Positions 26,380-28,304 of a stretch of 28,304 nucleotides of DNA are shown piece by piece (the first letter of the stretch is position 1; each line of letters starts with the position of its first letter). This stretch comes from a virus (Duplodnaviria > Caudoviricetes): positions 1 through 28,304 of IMG/VR virus record IMGVR_UViG_3300008266_001072; one strand, 5' to 3'. The notes beneath the pieces are model-generated. The model was not told where the DNA came from and made no database searches. It saw only the letters and a list, made by a program, of their open reading frames with translations. The position numbers and the translations under genes are program-made.

Positions 26380-26665
26380 GGTTACGACCTCGACGCCAAG
26401 TTACGACCAGTTACGACCTCACGGCGGAGGTCGTAACCCCCGCCAGCAGGGCGTTTGAGGGGGCGGTTACAACCTCTACACTACTTTCTTAAGGGGAGAG
26501 GTAGAGTAGTAGTATAGGGGCCCCGTAGAGGGCCCTGGGGAAAGGTTAGGCGAAAAGTTCTGTAACCGCCGAAAAACAAGCATTTTGAGCCCGTATTCAG
26601 TCGTAAAAACAACAGCTTATTCGGTTACAACGTAGGTCGTAACCGGTCGTAACCAGGTCGCAACC
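26380..26665. repeat. Iteron-like GGTTAC(G/A)ACC repeats, probable replication origin
   Basis: Forward copies at 26380, 26400, 26409, 26465 and 26623; inverted copies at 26429, 26635, 26645 and 26656. They surround an AT-richer core right after the primase stop. Confidence 0.75.
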
Positions 26666-26683
26666 GGCAGGAGCACGTAAAAA

Positions 26684-26860
26684 ATGGCACGTTTGGGTGA
26701 GAAGCACCACGACGCGAAGCTGACCAACGCAGAGGTCGAGCTGATGCGGTCGATGTATGAGGAGGGCGGCTGGAGCTATGGCACGCTCGCCCAGAAGTTC
26801 GATGTCCACAAGGCGACGGTCGCCGACATCATCACATTCAGGATCAGGAAACAGGGATGA
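26684..26860 (+). CDS. Small HTH DNA-binding protein, 58 aa (MARLGEKHHDAKLTNAEVELMRSMYEEGGWSYGTLAQKFDVHKATVADIITFRIRKQG)
   Basis: Not in the ORF track; AGGAG RBS; AKLT..V..R..SYxxLAxKFxV..TV..I HTH pattern. Confidence 0.8.
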   Translation: MARLGEKHHDAKLTNAEVELMRSMYEEGGWSYGTLAQKFDVHKATVADIITFRIRKQG

Positions 26861-26880
26861 GGGGTACGACCGAAACTGTC

Positions 26881-26912
26881 GTATGGCTTGCGGCGGACCG
26901 CGCGCGTAGTCT
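26881..26912 (+). promoter_or_regulatory. Putative phage late promoter GTATGGCT-N18-TAGTCT
   Basis: Upstream of terS; matches the motif at 6745-6776. Confidence 0.5.
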
Positions 26913-26922
26913 CACCTGAACC

Positions 26923-27453
26923 ATGACCCGTCCCTTGCTCAACATCCCGACGGCCAAGTACGACCCCGCGAAGGCGGCCCGCATTTGCGAGCTGCTGTCG
27001 CAGGGCATCACCCTGGCCCAGATACTGCGGGACTACGACGATCTGCCCTCGCGCTGGTCGATCCACCGCTGGATGGCCTCGAACCCCGAGTTCAAGACCG
27101 CCTACGAGATGGCTCGCGACGTGGGCTACGACGCCATCGCCGACGAGATTGTGAACATCGCCGAGGACGGCTCGGCCGACTGGGTCGTGCGCAAGAACCG
27201 CAACGGCGAAGAATACACCGTGGTGGACGCAGAGGCGGTGGCCCGTTCCAAGCTGCGGGTCTACGCCCGCGAGAAGCTGCTGGCCGCGTGGTCGCCCCGC
27301 TACCGCCCGCAGTCGGGTATCCAGCTGTCGAACCCAGAGGGCGGCCCCGTCGAGTTCACCGACGCCGCCGCCTCGGCCAAGATCGCCTCGTTGCTGGCGC
27401 TGGCCCAGGCCCGGGCAGACGGTGCGCCCGAAGACGGCTCAGACCTCGCGTGA
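26923..27453 (+). CDS. terS: Terminase small subunit (Sf6-like)
   Basis: ICELLSQGITL..LPSRWSIHRW..F..AYEMAR..DAIADEIVNIAED..ARSKLRV..R..PRY; directly precedes the large terminase. Confidence 0.88.
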   Translation: MTRPLLNIPTAKYDPAKAARICELLSQGITLAQILRDYDDLPSRWSIHRWMASNPEFKTAYEMARDVGYDAIADEIVNIAEDGSADWVVRKNRNGEEYTVVDAEAVARSKLRVYAREKLLAAWSPRYRPQSGIQLSNPEGGPVEFTDAAASAKIASLLALAQARADGAPEDGSDLA

Positions 27454-28304
27454 GGCCCCCCTCGGTCGCCGAGGTCCAGAAGCTGCTGCCCCACCTCACC
27501 GAGGCAGAGAGGCGCGAGCTGTTCGCCCTGTTGGCCCGGGACAAGAAACGCTGGCGGCCCCTGCCCGGGCCACAGACCGACGCCTACCAGAGCACGGCGG
27601 ACATCATCGGCTACGGTGGTGCTGCAGGCGGCGGCAAGACCGACCTGGCCTGCGGTAAGAGCATCGAGGACCACCGCAAGATCATGATCCTGCGTCGCGT
27701 CGGCACAGAGCTGTCCGCCATCGAGGACAGGCTCGAAGAGCTGTTCGGCACCAAGGACGGATACAACTCGACCAAGGGCATCTGGCGGCAGACGCGCAGC
27801 GACGGCAAGGCCCTGCAGATCGAGCTGGGCTCTGTGCCCAACGCTGGGGACGAGAAGAAGTACCAGGGGCGGCCGCACGACCTGATCGTGTTCGACGAGG
27901 CTGCCAACTTCCTCGAGCTGCAGGTGCGCTTCCTCCTGGGCTGGCTGCGCACCACGGTGGTCGGCCAACGCTGCCAGGCACTCCTGACCTTCAACCCGCC
28001 CACCAGCGCAGAGGGCCGCTGGATCGTGGACTTCTTCGCCCCCTGGCTCGACGACAAGCACCCCAACCCCGCCGTGCCCGGCGAGCTGCGCTGGTTCGCC
28101 ACCGTCGCTGGCAATGACCTCGAGGTCGACAGCGGCGAGCCCTTCGTCATCGCTGACGGAGAGCCGCAGTACGACTTCAACCCCGACGACTACGCAGAGA
28201 GCCCAGACCTGGTCATCCAGCCCATGTCTCGGACCTTCATCCCCTCGCGAGTGCGAGACAACCCCTTCCTCACCGGGACCGGCTACATGAGCACGCTACA
28301 GGCG
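27450..28304 (+). CDS. terL: Terminase large subunit, 3'-truncated by the window
   Basis: Not in the ORF track because it has no stop. GTG 27450 (GTGA overlap); PLPGPQ, YGGAAGGGKT Walker A, KYQGRPHDLIVFDEAANF Walker B, LLTFNPP motif III, SRTFIPS..DNPFL. Confidence 0.95.
   Translation, partial: MRPPSVAEVQKLLPHLTEAERRELFALLARDKKRWRPLPGPQTDAYQSTADIIGYGGAAGGGKTDLACGKSIEDHRKIMILRRVGTELSAIEDRLEELFGTKDGYNSTKGIWRQTRSDGKALQIELGSVPNAGDEKKYQGRPHDLIVFDEAANFLELQVRFLLGWLRTTVVGQRCQALLTFNPPTSAEGRWIVDFFAPWLDDKHPNPAVPGELRWFATVAGNDLEVDSGEPFVIADGEPQYDFNPDDYAESPDLVIQPMSRTFIPSRVRDNPFLTGTGYMSTLQA

Noticed and set aside
26380-26665. Repeats as a mini-CRISPR array
   Set aside because: Units are only about 10 bp, in both orientations and irregularly spaced; they fit iterons.

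Overview
About 28 kb of a GC-rich, tailed dsDNA phage genome with the APSE/BPP-1/BcepC6B-like podovirus gene order. The likely host is a Caulobacteraceae member (Brevundimonas/Caulobacter), judged from a host-like GapR (DUF2312) gene and a GcrA-type HTH gene. Order: 3' part of a giant polyvalent internal-virion protein, tail spike, lysis cassette (holin candidates, M15 endolysin, overlapping i-/o-spanins), tail-collar gene, terminator, then a minus-strand replication arm (GapR, SNF2 helicase, GcrA-like, VRR-NUC, HNH, family A DNA polymerase, DUF2815 SSB, DUF2800 Cas4-like nuclease, small early genes). Next come a mirror-image divergent promoter pair, plus-strand early genes (including Lar), two HTH genes, primase-VapE helicase, an iteron-like origin, and the small and large terminase. 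No integrase or CI repressor is visible. Most notable: by manual scan the window has no GANTC, GGCGCC or RGATCY sites, yet it encodes a GcrA DNA-binding-domain-only protein, GapR, a candidate SAM lyase and Lar. Together these suggest a system that targets or evades host methylation. The polymerase gene has an apparent deletion/frameshift and an AT-rich 3' end next to the HNH gene. All family calls come from motif recognition by eye; no searches were run.
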